From: Bacilli bacterium
Lineage (GTDB): Bacteria > Bacillota_I > Bacilli_A > RFN20 > CAG-826
Reading direction: 5' to 3'
NCBI GenBank assembly: GCA_017447305.1
Contig: JAFSNY010000006.1
Location: 1-57,411 of the forward strand
DNA length: 57,411 nt
Made by a program: the position numbers and the translations under genes. Each line of letters starts with the position of its first letter. Within the stretch, counting starts at the first letter, position 1. This document shows, one piece after another, positions 25,273 to 33,928 of the stretch. Below the pieces are notes generated by a model. The model was not told the DNA's origin, searched no databases, and saw nothing but the letters and a program-made list of their open reading frames with translations.

Positions 25273-25290
25273 TTACTATATTTGGTATAT

Positions 25291-26961
25291 ATGAAGCAAT
25301 ATCTTGATATATTAGATAGAATATTAAAGGAAGGAAAGCTTAAGCATAACCGTACAGGTATCGATACGTTTTCCATCTCTGGATCCATGATCGAGTTTGA
25401 CATGTCCACTGGGAAGTTTCCGTTACTGACTACCAAGAAGATGGGTCTGAGGACCGTATTTTCTGAAGTTGAAATGTTTATTAAGGGTATTACCAGTAAG
25501 AAGTTCTTACAGGATCGTAAGTCCGGTATATGGAATGCCTGGTGTAATCCACAAAAGGTTCCATATTCAACAGATCCTGAACAACAGAAACTTATGGAAG
25601 CGGAAGATGACCTTGGACCTATCTATGGTTTTAATGGTAACTACTGGGATGCTGGTAGAGATTATGTTGTTACAGTAGAACCAAGGATTAAAGAAAAAGA
25701 ACCACCACGTAAATTCGTTAATGCATGGTTAGAAGACGGTAGTTCTTCTAAATATCCATTAATTGGTCAAATTTTTGAAACTGAACATACTGGATTAAAG
25801 TATAGTGTTACTGATTTTGATAAAAATGTTGATGATGAACATGAATATTATGATATTATTTTCTATCATACCGGTGCTAAAGTAAAGTATGTTCGGCGTG
25901 ATCATATCATAAAAGGTAAAGTAAAAGATCCTTATGAACCATCAGTATTTGGTATCGGCTACCGCGGTGATGAAGAAAAAATAGATGATTTCATCAATAC
26001 TTATGGTAAGAATATTTATGATAAGCTGTTGAAAGCATGGGGTCATATGATTGAACGTTGCTATAGTGAAAAATGTAAGCAATATCCATTATATGGTGGC
26101 AATGGTATTTTTGTATCTAATGATTGGCATGATTTCAGTAAGTTTATTTGGTCATGTATTAAATTGCCTGGCTGGGTAAATGTATTGCGTCATCCAACAG
26201 TATATGATATAGATAAAGATTATTACGGTTCTAATTGTTATTCTGAAGATACCTGTGTATGGCTACATCATGATGAAAATGTATTGTATGCTAAGGCAAA
26301 GCCATTTATTATTACTGACCCTGATGGTACCAAACATACTTATATTTCGACAACTAAGTGTGCAGCAGACTTTGGTTTTACACCTAGAGCAATAAATTCT
26401 GAATCTATTAAACGTGGTTATTATAAAAATTATAAACTCGAATTAATAAATGATGGTAAACTATATAGATATAAGTTACCGATTAATCAAATTCAAAATG
26501 TAATCGATACGTTAAAGACAGATCCAACATGTAGAAGAATGATTGTTTCTTATTGGAATCCGGCGCTAATGCCCGAAATGGCTTTGCCTCCATGTCATTA
26601 TTGTTATGAATTCGTATCTGACGGTGAATCTGTAGATTTGTTATTCAATATGCGTTCAGTCGACTGTTTCTTGGGTATGCCATTTGACATCGCACATTAT
26701 GCATGCTTATTGTTGTTGATCTGTAAACAGGTTAAGATGAAACCTGGTAAGTTGATTGGTTTCTTTGCTGATATGCATATTTATACTAATCATCTTGAAC
26801 AGGTTAAGGAACAGCTTTCTAGAGAACCGTTTGAATCTCCTACGGTTAATATTCTTAATGCAGAGGATCCAAACTGGACAATATGGGATTGGAAATATAC
26901 TGATTTCGAATTGGTTAATTATCAGTGTCATCCATCAATTAAAGCTCCAGTTGCTGTTTAA
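25291..26961 (+). CDS. thyA: thymidylate synthase with ~270-aa in-frame endonuclease-like insertion
   Basis: MKQYLD..NRTG, GPIYG, RRMIVSYWNP, PPCH (catalytic Cys), RSVDCFLGMPFD, MHIYTNH and KAPVAV match ThyA. Nucleotides ~25650-26480 encode an unrelated AT-rich module. Confidence 0.9.
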   Translation: MKQYLDILDRILKEGKLKHNRTGIDTFSISGSMIEFDMSTGKFPLLTTKKMGLRTVFSEVEMFIKGITSKKFLQDRKSGIWNAWCNPQKVPYSTDPEQQKLMEAEDDLGPIYGFNGNYWDAGRDYVVTVEPRIKEKEPPRKFVNAWLEDGSSSKYPLIGQIFETEHTGLKYSVTDFDKNVDDEHEYYDIIFYHTGAKVKYVRRDHIIKGKVKDPYEPSVFGIGYRGDEEKIDDFINTYGKNIYDKLLKAWGHMIERCYSEKCKQYPLYGGNGIFVSNDWHDFSKFIWSCIKLPGWVNVLRHPTVYDIDKDYYGSNCYSEDTCVWLHHDENVLYAKAKPFIITDPDGTKHTYISTTKCAADFGFTPRAINSESIKRGYYKNYKLELINDGKLYRYKLPINQIQNVIDTLKTDPTCRRMIVSYWNPALMPEMALPPCHYCYEFVSDGESVDLLFNMRSVDCFLGMPFDIAHYACLLLLICKQVKMKPGKLIGFFADMHIYTNHLEQVKEQLSREPFESPTVNILNAEDPNWTIWDWKYTDFELVNYQCHPSIKAPVAV

Positions 26962-26984
26962 TATTATTTCTCCATAATAACCTG

Positions 26985-27013
26985 GGATGTCCTTTCATGG
27001 GGCATCCTTTTTT
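26985..27013 (+). terminator. rho-independent terminator after thyA
   Basis: GGATGTCC-tttcat-GGGGCATCC followed by T6. Confidence 0.7.
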
Positions 27014-27053
27014 ATACTATAAATATCATATGGTAGAATTAGGTGAATATATA

Positions 27054-27533
27054 ATGAAAGAATTGGGTGACCAGGTCTATGACGAATTGGAAATAGATCC
27101 TTCCGATTACAATAGGTTACCAGCTTATGAATTCTATGATGAAGTTATTTCCTCCTGTCGCGTAGTACATCCTGAGATCATTAAACAGTATTACCAAGAG
27201 ATGGAAGAATATAATAATCCGTCATCAGAAAAAGAATTCAAAGAATATCAGAATTCAAAGATAAGAAGCAATTTCCCTTTGGCTTTGCGGATAGCAGTAG
27301 ACATTATGGTTCACACTGGTAAATACAGGTTATCGAAACCGGATTATGCTAATCTACGTTATTATACCGAAACTCTATTGAATTTCATTAAAAATAAAAA
27401 ACCAGGAGATATTGAACAATATCTTCTGGATCATTCCAAAGAAAAGTTACCAAGATCTAGTATTAACTGTAACCAGATGAGACAATTTATTTTTTATCTA
27501 GCACAAAGATATAAGGGGCAATATGGTTCTTAA
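27054..27533 (+). CDS. hypothetical protein
   Basis: ORF track 26997-27533. Start moved to ATG 27054 (AGGTGA 7 nt upstream) because the 5' part overlaps the thyA terminator hairpin. Confidence 0.55.
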   Translation: MKELGDQVYDELEIDPSDYNRLPAYEFYDEVISSCRVVHPEIIKQYYQEMEEYNNPSSEKEFKEYQNSKIRSNFPLALRIAVDIMVHTGKYRLSKPDYANLRYYTETLLNFIKNKKPGDIEQYLLDHSKEKLPRSSINCNQMRQFIFYLAQRYKGQYGS

Positions 27534-27942
27534 CGATTATACAAAACATATAATGGCAGAATATGTCAAGGACATGTATGATGCAGGCTTGGTTCACAAG
27601 TATGGTGCATATACAGATGCAGGAAACGCTATTAATCGTCGTCTGCGTGGTAGGGGTTTCTGCGATTTCTTTGAAAATTGCCCATTGAATTTAGAAACAC
27701 ATACTATTGTAGAAGAAATTGCTTCTCGCCTTGATGGTATAGTTTGGGTTACTAAATCAGACGATGGTCGTGATGGCAGCTGGTACTGGCATACCAGATT
27801 ACCAACAATGGATGAAGAACAGTTCTTAGATCTCATCAATACTAACAGAAAACTATACAGGTTATCAGAATCCCAATACACCCAATCAGAAATGTCCAAA
27901 GCTGCTCGTCTACTAGATGATGAAATGCAGTATGAAATCTAA
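27523..27942 (+). CDS. hypothetical protein
   Basis: ORF track. Overlaps the upstream stop and is the last gene before the convergent terminator. Confidence 0.6.
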   Translation: MVLNDYTKHIMAEYVKDMYDAGLVHKYGAYTDAGNAINRRLRGRGFCDFFENCPLNLETHTIVEEIASRLDGIVWVTKSDDGRDGSWYWHTRLPTMDEEQFLDLINTNRKLYRLSESQYTQSEMSKAARLLDDEMQYEI

Positions 27943-27970
27943 CTGTACCCTAGGTCACTGATTGTACCCC

Positions 27971-27999
27971 AAGAACCGGAATCAAATTCCGGTTTTTCT
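27971..27999. terminator. bidirectional terminator between convergent gene blocks
   Basis: AACCGGAA-tcaaa-TTCCGGTT, flanked by an A-rich tract on one side and T5 on the other. Confidence 0.7.
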
Positions 28000-28643
28000 T
28001 ATAATACCAACGTTTCAGCTTCCTTATCTAGTTTCCGCTGATAGACAATCTCCTGTAGGTTCTCGATAATACTCTTCATCTCGGCAATGGTCTTATCCTG
28101 TTCTTCAACACGTTTTTCCATTTCCTTATACTTATCGCTGATTACATCACTAACAGCTAATTCCCATGTAGGTTCTGTACAAGCTATTGTAGTTACCCCA
28201 GTACCTGCTACTAAAGAATCAGTACTAACAGAATCAGGATTAAATAATACTTCTTCATTCGGTAACGTATCATTAAGACTAGTAATTTCACCGATTTCAG
28301 AATCAAAACTTAGGTGATGTTCACGTTCAAATGACCATCTTGGTTGGGAACCGTCATTACTCTCGTTGTCTGAAGGACACCATAAATGATGCAACACCCG
28401 GGCTTCGGCTTCCCTACGGCGTTCTGCCAAACCTTCCGCATATCGGTTAGCTGCTTCTTCTATTTCCTGAGTTCTTTGCTCGATATGTTCCCTCATCCAC
28501 TGATCAGTGTCAGGAATTTCAAGCTGCCTTCCCATATAGGTTACCGTTCTCGGTTCATGTGGTAACCCACCAAAATCTTCAGTTATCGCCTGTACTTGAC
28601 CACTTTCCCTTAAACCTGCCATCCATTCAGAAAAACTACTCAT
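27999..28643 (-). CDS. hypothetical protein (coiled-coil segments)
   Basis: ORF track. ATGA-type overlap with the upstream gene. Confidence 0.6.
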   Translation of the reverse strand: MSSFSEWMAGLRESGQVQAITEDFGGLPHEPRTVTYMGRQLEIPDTDQWMREHIEQRTQEIEEAANRYAEGLAERRREAEARVLHHLWCPSDNESNDGSQPRWSFEREHHLSFDSEIGEITSLNDTLPNEEVLFNPDSVSTDSLVAGTGVTTIACTEPTWELAVSDVISDKYKEMEKRVEEQDKTIAEMKSIIENLQEIVYQRKLDKEAETLVL

Positions 28644-28975
28644 ATGTCCATAAACTCAATCCCGTCATTCGCCAATGCCAAATCTGGTCCTGTAAAAAAT
28701 TCAGATTTAGACATATGTTTATAGTCCATCCATTTTGGGTCTAACCATTCCAGGAATTCCTTAGCATCTTCCATAGTAAATTCTACCTGTTCCCAAATTG
28801 CCATACGATATTTATCAGCAATAGGCACAGTACCCTTATGAACGTCCGTAAACTCTCTAATATATTCATCAAAAAAGTCTGGATTTATAATGCATCCATG
28901 CGAATCCATGAAAGCCGGGTGACTATTCAAGTATTCTGCAACTTCTTGAGGAATCCATCTATTAGAACTAATCAT
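28640..28975 (-). CDS. hypothetical protein, EYLN(S/Q)HP(A/M)F family, lacking the PKG tail
   Basis: The N-terminal motif VAEYLNSHPAFMD is shared with the 29605, 30002 and 36304 genes. A TTTACA-N17-TATATT promoter lies upstream. Confidence 0.65.
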   Translation of the reverse strand: MISSNRWIPQEVAEYLNSHPAFMDSHGCIINPDFFDEYIREFTDVHKGTVPIADKYRMAIWEQVEFTMEDAKEFLEWLDPKWMDYKHMSKSEFFTGPDLALANDGIEFMDI

Positions 28976-29018
28976 ATCACTAATATAGCAATTAATAACC
29001 CGTTTGTAAACCCCTTAA

Positions 29019-29594
29019 CTAAATACTCGTAGGTATCTTCAATATCCCCTTCGGTACATCAGGTAACCGTAACTTCTGATAATTCTCCTTAATAGTTTCT
29101 AGAAATTCTTTACAGTAATTACTTTCACCCAGTTCCTGCATACGGCGTCTTATATCTTCTTTATGACCGTATTTCTCAAAGGTGTCCATTACAATCTTTC
29201 CATCCAAGGTCATTCCAATAACCTGATAATCACAGTTATTGAAAAAATGGAGTGGAAGATTCTTAATACGGTAATCGTCATAGAAATCTGAAAATTCCTT
29301 ATCTTTTACCTTATCATATTCTTTAGGAAGATCAGTCAGACCACCACCGTCAATCCAGTGGGCTATAACATAACCGTTATCTACATGCATCGATTCAAAT
29401 GACAAACAACAAGAATGCCAGATTCTTGAATACGTACTGTAAAATAACCATTTAGTTAACTGTTCCAAATTTTTCTTATTAAGACCAGACTCAGTTAACA
29501 AACCATTCCACATTTTTATCACAGACATGGTATTATCATACTGGTCACCATCAAATCCCAGAAATATAATCCAATCTTCCCATTGCTTCTTCAT
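29019..29594 (-). CDS. hypothetical protein with C-terminal LPDVPKGILKIPTSI tail
   Basis: ORF track. The tail motif is shared with eight other genes. Confidence 0.65.
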   Translation of the reverse strand: MKKQWEDWIIFLGFDGDQYDNTMSVIKMWNGLLTESGLNKKNLEQLTKWLFYSTYSRIWHSCCLSFESMHVDNGYVIAHWIDGGGLTDLPKEYDKVKDKEFSDFYDDYRIKNLPLHFFNNCDYQVIGMTLDGKIVMDTFEKYGHKEDIRRRMQELGESNYCKEFLETIKENYQKLRLPDVPKGILKIPTSI

Positions 29595-29604
29595 AATAAT
29601 AACC

Positions 29605-29991
29605 TTAACTAATTTTATCCGGTATTCTTAATAAACCCTTCGGAACCACAGGCATCGGGTCTGGAGGATCAAAAAACCCAGAACTCTGTACATTATGATA
29701 TTCACACCATAATTCTTCAACCTGGTCAAAAAACCAATCACAGTCACCCATAGTTACATCAGTATAGTCACCAGTTATCCAGATAGCCCTATCCATTTTC
29801 TCTAACCGGTCAGAATCATCAACCCTCTGTTCTAACCAACCAGCTATATAACAATAAAATCCTTCTTCACAAATATTACCAGATTCAGCATCCTTAAACA
29901 TAGGATGTTGATTCAAATAATCCGCAATTTTCCTATTATGTTCCAAGTCACGCTGGTTAAGACCCATTTCATCATCATCTAACATTACCAT
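29605..29991 (-). CDS. hypothetical protein, YLNQHPMF family, tail PVVPKGLLRIPDKIS
   Basis: ORF track 29605-30000 starts at GTG. ATG 29991 preferred (AAGGTGG 5 nt upstream). Confidence 0.6.
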   Translation of the reverse strand: MVMLDDDEMGLNQRDLEHNRKIADYLNQHPMFKDAESGNICEEGFYCYIAGWLEQRVDDSDRLEKMDRAIWITGDYTDVTMGDCDWFFDQVEELWCEYHNVQSSGFFDPPDPMPVVPKGLLRIPDKIS

Positions 29992-30001
29992 AATAACCAC
30001 C

Positions 30002-30412
30002 TTAACAGATATTCGACGGAATACTTAATAAACCCTTCGGAACCACCGGTAACTCCTCGTCAACCCAGTTAACCTCACGGTGTTCTTTAATACAATATGA
30101 CATCCATGCTGCCTTAATAGCCTTAATAAACTGTTTGGCATCTTCCAATGTAAACTGCTCAGCTAACGGTTTTACTGGAGCATCCTCTTCATCGTTAAAA
30201 TACCAATGATACTGACTATTATCCGTACAATTAATATACTTAGCCATTATATCACAATGGAACTTATATGGATCAAAACAATAATTATAGAAATCCCCAA
30301 TGATATAACGGGTTTTCTCTTCCTTAAACATAGGAAACTGGTTAAGATAATCTACTGCCGAAGCCGTAAATTCACGCTTAATAATACATTGTCCTGGTCT
30401 ATCTTTCAACAT
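30002..30412 (-). CDS. hypothetical protein, YLNQFPMF family, tail LPVVPKGLLSIPSNIC
   Basis: ORF track 30002-30484. Start moved to MLKDRPG because CTGAAA and TATATT promoter elements lie inside the longer ORF. Confidence 0.6.
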   Translation of the reverse strand: MLKDRPGQCIIKREFTASAVDYLNQFPMFKEEKTRYIIGDFYNYCFDPYKFHCDIMAKYINCTDNSQYHWYFNDEEDAPVKPLAEQFTLEDAKQFIKAIKAAWMSYCIKEHREVNWVDEELPVVPKGLLSIPSNIC

Positions 30413-30516
30413 ATCCTTAATATAATAAATTACAAGGCTTAATAAAACCCTATACTTAATATAATTTCCTTTCAGGTCACCCATGCGACTATATGGTTAT
30501 ACGTAACCTTTATTTT

Positions 30517-30588
30517 ACGCAAACTTACCTTAACAAAAAGGTCAGGAGGAAAAATCAGAATTATGTAAAGGTAAGTTTACGCAAAGAT
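30517..30588. repeat. TTTACGCAAA direct repeat enclosing the CTTACCTT/AAGGTAAG inverted repeat
   Basis: TTTACGCAAACTTACCTT...AAGGTAAGTTTACGCAAA, read directly. Confidence 0.55.
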
Positions 30589-30683
30589 TTGGTAACCTAA
30601 AAATTTCTGAAAAAAATTTTTTCGAAACCGTCAGAAAAATTGTCAACTCAGATCAGGTTATGTGTTTAGATAGGTTTTATAGA

Positions 30684-30734
30684 ACTTAATAGACTTAATA
30701 GAGCTTAATATAACCCTGGGCCCCCCTTAATAGA
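30684..30734. repeat. four CTTAATAG(A) direct repeats flanking a G/C block
   Basis: ACTTAATAG, ACTTAATAG, AGCTTAATAT, then CCCTGGGCCCCCC, then CTTAATAGA. Confidence 0.6.
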
Positions 30735-30881
30735 TTGTTAATAATTTGTGTATATATCCCTACATAGACACATATTATTCACTATCTGTTAACGGGTTAT
30801 TTTTTGAAGAAAATATAGAAATTTATATAGAATTTTGGATTTTTTGGTTAGGGAATAGACAGAAGTAACCTTAGAGTTCTT

Positions 30882-30977
30882 CTATGATCTGAATAGGTCA
30901 ATGATATCTACCATGATGAGATATGGTAGTTTTATAATATCACGGAGTTCGTTTATAATATCTTTAATTGTATTCAT
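30882..30977 (-). CDS. hypothetical 31-aa peptide
   Basis: Own translation (MNTIKDIINELRD...). TAATG overlap with the upstream mini-ORF. Very short, weak call. Confidence 0.3.
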   Translation of the reverse strand: MNTIKDIINELRDIIKLPYLIMVDIIDLFRS

Positions 30978-31111
30978 TATCTATTATTTACCTTAATAAG
31001 AATATCTTTGAATTTGGGGAAGAATCTGGTTATTTCTTCATCGGTAAGATAGTCTTTGATTTTGTTTAGAGTTGATATTTCTTCTTCTGATAGAGTAATA
31101 GTTTTATTCAT
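30977..31111 (-). CDS. hypothetical 44-aa protein (MNKTITLSEEEISTLNK...)
   Basis: Own translation, 45 codons checked. AAGGAG upstream. Confidence 0.4.
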   Translation of the reverse strand: MNKTITLSEEEISTLNKIKDYLTDEEITRFFPKFKDILIKVNNR

Positions 31112-31143
31112 GGTTATCTCCTTTTATGATTTTTCCAGTTTGG

Positions 31144-31443
31144 TTACCTTTTGATAATGTATCTGACGCGTTTATCGTATTTTTCGATATAGTCGCTGAA
31201 AAGAGCTTGAATAGTTTTTATTTGAGATTTCCAGAAATCGCTTATAGGAGTAATGATTATATAGAGGCCGTTAATATCTGTATGTTTAGAGACAGTGGCG
31301 ATTGTTCTTGATTCTCCTACATAGTATTCGTGGTTATAGAAGAATTCTGCATCTTTTTCATTATCGGCAATGATGATGGAGGGATTGCAGTATCTGTGGG
31401 AATACAAACTAATATCTTCTTTTTCGACTACGATGTAATTCAT
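31144..31443 (-). CDS. hypothetical protein
   Basis: ORF track. The promoter's TATATT ends 7 nt before the ATG (leaderless type). Confidence 0.6.
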   Translation of the reverse strand: MNYIVVEKEDISLYSHRYCNPSIIIADNEKDAEFFYNHEYYVGESRTIATVSKHTDINGLYIIITPISDFWKSQIKTIQALFSDYIEKYDKRVRYIIKR

Positions 31444-31450
31444 GTTATAT

Positions 31451-31479
31451 AATATAAAAAAAGTAGGTTAAAAAGTAAA
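31451..31479 (-). promoter_or_regulatory. leaderless-type promoter with the -35 in a terminator-hairpin loop
   Basis: RC reads AAGTAGGTTA-TTTACTTTTT-AACCTACTT-TTTTT-TATATT-atataac-ATG. Confidence 0.6.
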
Positions 31480-31508
31480 TAACCTACTTAATATAATTAT
31501 TTTACAGA

Positions 31509-32351
31509 TTACCTGAAGCCTATATTGTAGCCTAGACCTTTTCTGAGTTTTTCTTTTTGTTTATTGTCGGCTTTGTTCCATTCTTTTAGGAACGAGCTTA
31601 ATAGTCTGTCGGTTTTATTATCATAGTAGTTTGGAAGTTTGCCTACATAGAAGACGTTTGTTGCATCCCAGTCGTCTTTTCCGGTTTTTACACCTAGTCT
31701 ATAGCAGGTTGTATGGTAGGGGTCTGGTTCGAAGTCTGGGACCAGTTTGGTATTTTTGTCTAAGATAATGGTTTCGTCCTTTAGCCATTGCATTTCCATT
31801 CCTGCAAACATTTGGTAGATACGGTCATCTCTTGAGCCTTCTTCGAATTTATAGTGCGGGAGACCGTAATCTAGGAATTCTGAAAGAACCGTTCCTTGTT
31901 CCAGGTAATCCAGAAGTTCCTCATTATCTTCTGATTTTTTGAGGAAAGCATAGGAATCGCCTTTCTTTACATATATTCCGAAGTATGGAATTTTTTTCTA
32001 TCCTGCAGCATAGGAGAGAATTCCGATATTATCGTATAGGTCATTGTTGAAGGGTTTTCCCTCTTTATTTAATAGAATATACTTACCTAAAAGTTCTTCT
32101 ACGCCTACGTCGAGATAGTAGTAGAGTTTAGGAAATTTTGGATTATCTACATAGAACCTGGCAACTCTATAAGAGTTATATGCAGGCATCTTTTCTGTAT
32201 ATTTCTTAAAGTCTTTATCGAATTCGGGATGGGCGAACTTAATGAATTGTTTATATATGTCTGTTTCCTTAATGAAACGATTGAACTGGTTAATGAGTTC
32301 TGGATGAATGTCTTTAAGGAATCGTTCGTAGAGATTTGGTTGCTTATCCAT
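31509..32351 (-). CDS. hypothetical protein interrupted by one in-frame TAG (117 aa + 162 aa)
   Basis: Codon-by-codon check shows ORFs 31998-32351 and 31509-31811 share a frame. The 62 codons between the TAG (31998-32000) and Met 31811 are stop-free, and that Met has no SD. Confidence 0.55.
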
Positions 32352-32361
32352 TTAGTTACCT

Positions 32362-32796
32362 TTAAACGATTGTAGGAATTTTCAGAATACCTTTAGGTAC
32401 TGGTTCATAGAAACCGTCGGAATATGCCTTAATAAAGTCAATTAGTCTTTCTTGGTTATTTTCTTCTACACGTGCATAATTGAGGTCTAGGGTATGACCG
32501 TCTATAGTATAGTCCCATCCATGAATACATCCTAGGGCACAGGAATTTGAGCAACCTTTGAAGGTTCCGTCAAAATAAACATTATATTTAGAAACAGCCT
32601 TAATTTTTCTAAACGGATCATAACTGTACATAGTATGAATTTCTATCCAGACTGGATTATTAAGAAAAATCAAATTAGTGGCTTTTGAATTATCTAGATC
32701 TACATATTTTTTAGCAATGGTGGTTTCCCAGTCTAAAACTTGTTGTAGACTGTTATGGAGATTTAGTTTATCTTGCCATTCTTGAGAGTACTTCAT
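32362..32796 (-). CDS. hypothetical protein, (M)(R/K)YS..W family, tail EPVPKGILKIPTIV
   Basis: ORF track. Leaderless-type promoter (TATATT, 7 nt, ATG). Confidence 0.65.
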   Translation of the reverse strand: MKYSQEWQDKLNLHNSLQQVLDWETTIAKKYVDLDNSKATNLIFLNNPVWIEIHTMYSYDPFRKIKAVSKYNVYFDGTFKGCSNSCALGCIHGWDYTIDGHTLDLNYARVEENNQERLIDFIKAYSDGFYEPVPKGILKIPTIV

Positions 32797-32946
32797 GTGA
32801 TATAATATAGAAAAAGTAGATCAAAAAGTAAATGACCTACTTTAAGATATTTTTATGCAGATTACTTTCTATATTGTTTTATATACTCTTTGAGTTGTCT
32901 TTTAAGTCTGGATTTTTCAGGTTCTGCGGTTATCTTAATGGTTTCT

Positions 32947-33492
32947 TTATAACTTTGACAAATCATCGAGAACACTTTTCTCGCTTCTTTCTTCTTGCTC
33001 ATATATTTCTTTCTTTTTGCTTATATAGTTGTAGATTAAGAGGTAGATGATACCAGTTATAATTCCCAGAAGATGACCGGCATGAGAGGTATTGTCATTA
33101 TTGAACATTCCGGATATTTCTTGGAAGGCATAAATAGAGATTAACAGAATACCCGTGATTTTAAGTTTACCTATATTGAGAACAATTAGAGCGAATATCC
33201 AGGCTGAGATTCCGATAGCATTTACATGGAGTAAACCAGTATGGAAATAATGGACTACGACTGTGGTTAGAGCGAAAGAGAGGAGATAGTTTACTTTTCC
33301 GAGTTTTTCTTCCACTGCAGGGGAGAGCAGGAGGAAGAGCATCATATTGTTTATGAAGTGGTCTTTAGAGCCATGAATAAAAGCAGAAGTTAACACATTA
33401 TGAGGGAGGTAATCTTTGAAGATTACACCTACTGTGCAGAGAATAATGAAAATCAGAGTGATGATTTCTGTTTTAATCTGAATATTTTTCAT
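32947..33492 (-). CDS. rhomboid-family intramembrane serine protease
   Basis: Six hydrophobic segments. HGSKDHFINNM (H..NN), GISAWIF (GxSxxxF catalytic Ser) and HAGHLLGIITG (catalytic His, GxxxG). Confidence 0.8.
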   Translation of the reverse strand: MKNIQIKTEIITLIFIILCTVGVIFKDYLPHNVLTSAFIHGSKDHFINNMMLFLLLSPAVEEKLGKVNYLLSFALTTVVVHYFHTGLLHVNAIGISAWIFALIVLNIGKLKITGILLISIYAFQEISGMFNNDNTSHAGHLLGIITGIIYLLIYNYISKKKEIYEQEERSEKSVLDDLSKL

Positions 33493-33494
33493 AA

Positions 33495-33928
33495 TTAAAC
33501 CTTTAGAATTCCTTTAGGTACAGGTGGTAGTCTGTCATCTGAAACACCAGCATAAGTGTTAATAAACTCTAACAGAAGTTCTTGCTTAGTTTTTTCTGTA
33601 TCTTCTGGTAAGTGTCTTATATCTAGCACATGACTGTCGATTTTGAAAATATGGCCAAGAGAACCCATAGCAATAGAGCCAGTAGAATCACTACCGTCGA
33701 AAAATACATCGTACTCAGTAATACATCTGACTTTTTCAAAATGCCAACCGTCACTAAAGAATCTGCTGATTTCCATCCAGACCCCTTCATCAAGAATAAC
33801 AGCTTTATGATGTTTTTTATAGAGTCTTTGTCAAAACAATATCGTTTACAAATATCATCCCATGTAAGTTGTTGAAAAAATCTACTGTTAGCACTAATTT
33901 TGCCTAACCAAGAATCTGAATATCTCAT
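33495..33928 (-). CDS. PKG-tail family paralog requiring a -1 frameshift at A_AAA_AAC
   Basis: Track ORFs 33623-33928 (MRYSDSWLGKI...) and 33495-33776 (...LPPVPKGILKV) are the N- and C-terminal halves of one paralog. Frames join at the heptamer 33822-33828. Confidence 0.6.
33822..33828 (-). other. A_AAA_AAC slippery heptamer at the frame junction
   Basis: The plus strand reads gtttttt. In the 0 frame the minus strand reads ATA AAA AAC. The -1 frame continues as the paralog consensus. Confidence 0.5.

Noticed and set aside
25650-26480. Intein or group I intron in thyA
   Set aside because: There is no Cys/Ser/Thr at the N-junction or His-Asn plus nucleophile at the C-junction that I could see. 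The whole insert is one open frame continuous with both exon parts, which is very unlikely for a ribozyme core. It is listed instead as an in-frame domain insertion, pending RT-PCR.
31998-32000. Genome-wide TAG reassignment (alternative genetic code)
   Set aside because: TAG terminates several well-defined genes in the window, and long ORFs are uninterrupted under the standard code. Only this one in-frame TAG was seen.
32832-33050. 72-aa plus-strand ORF
   Set aside because: It is antisense to the rhomboid gene and its downstream promoter region.
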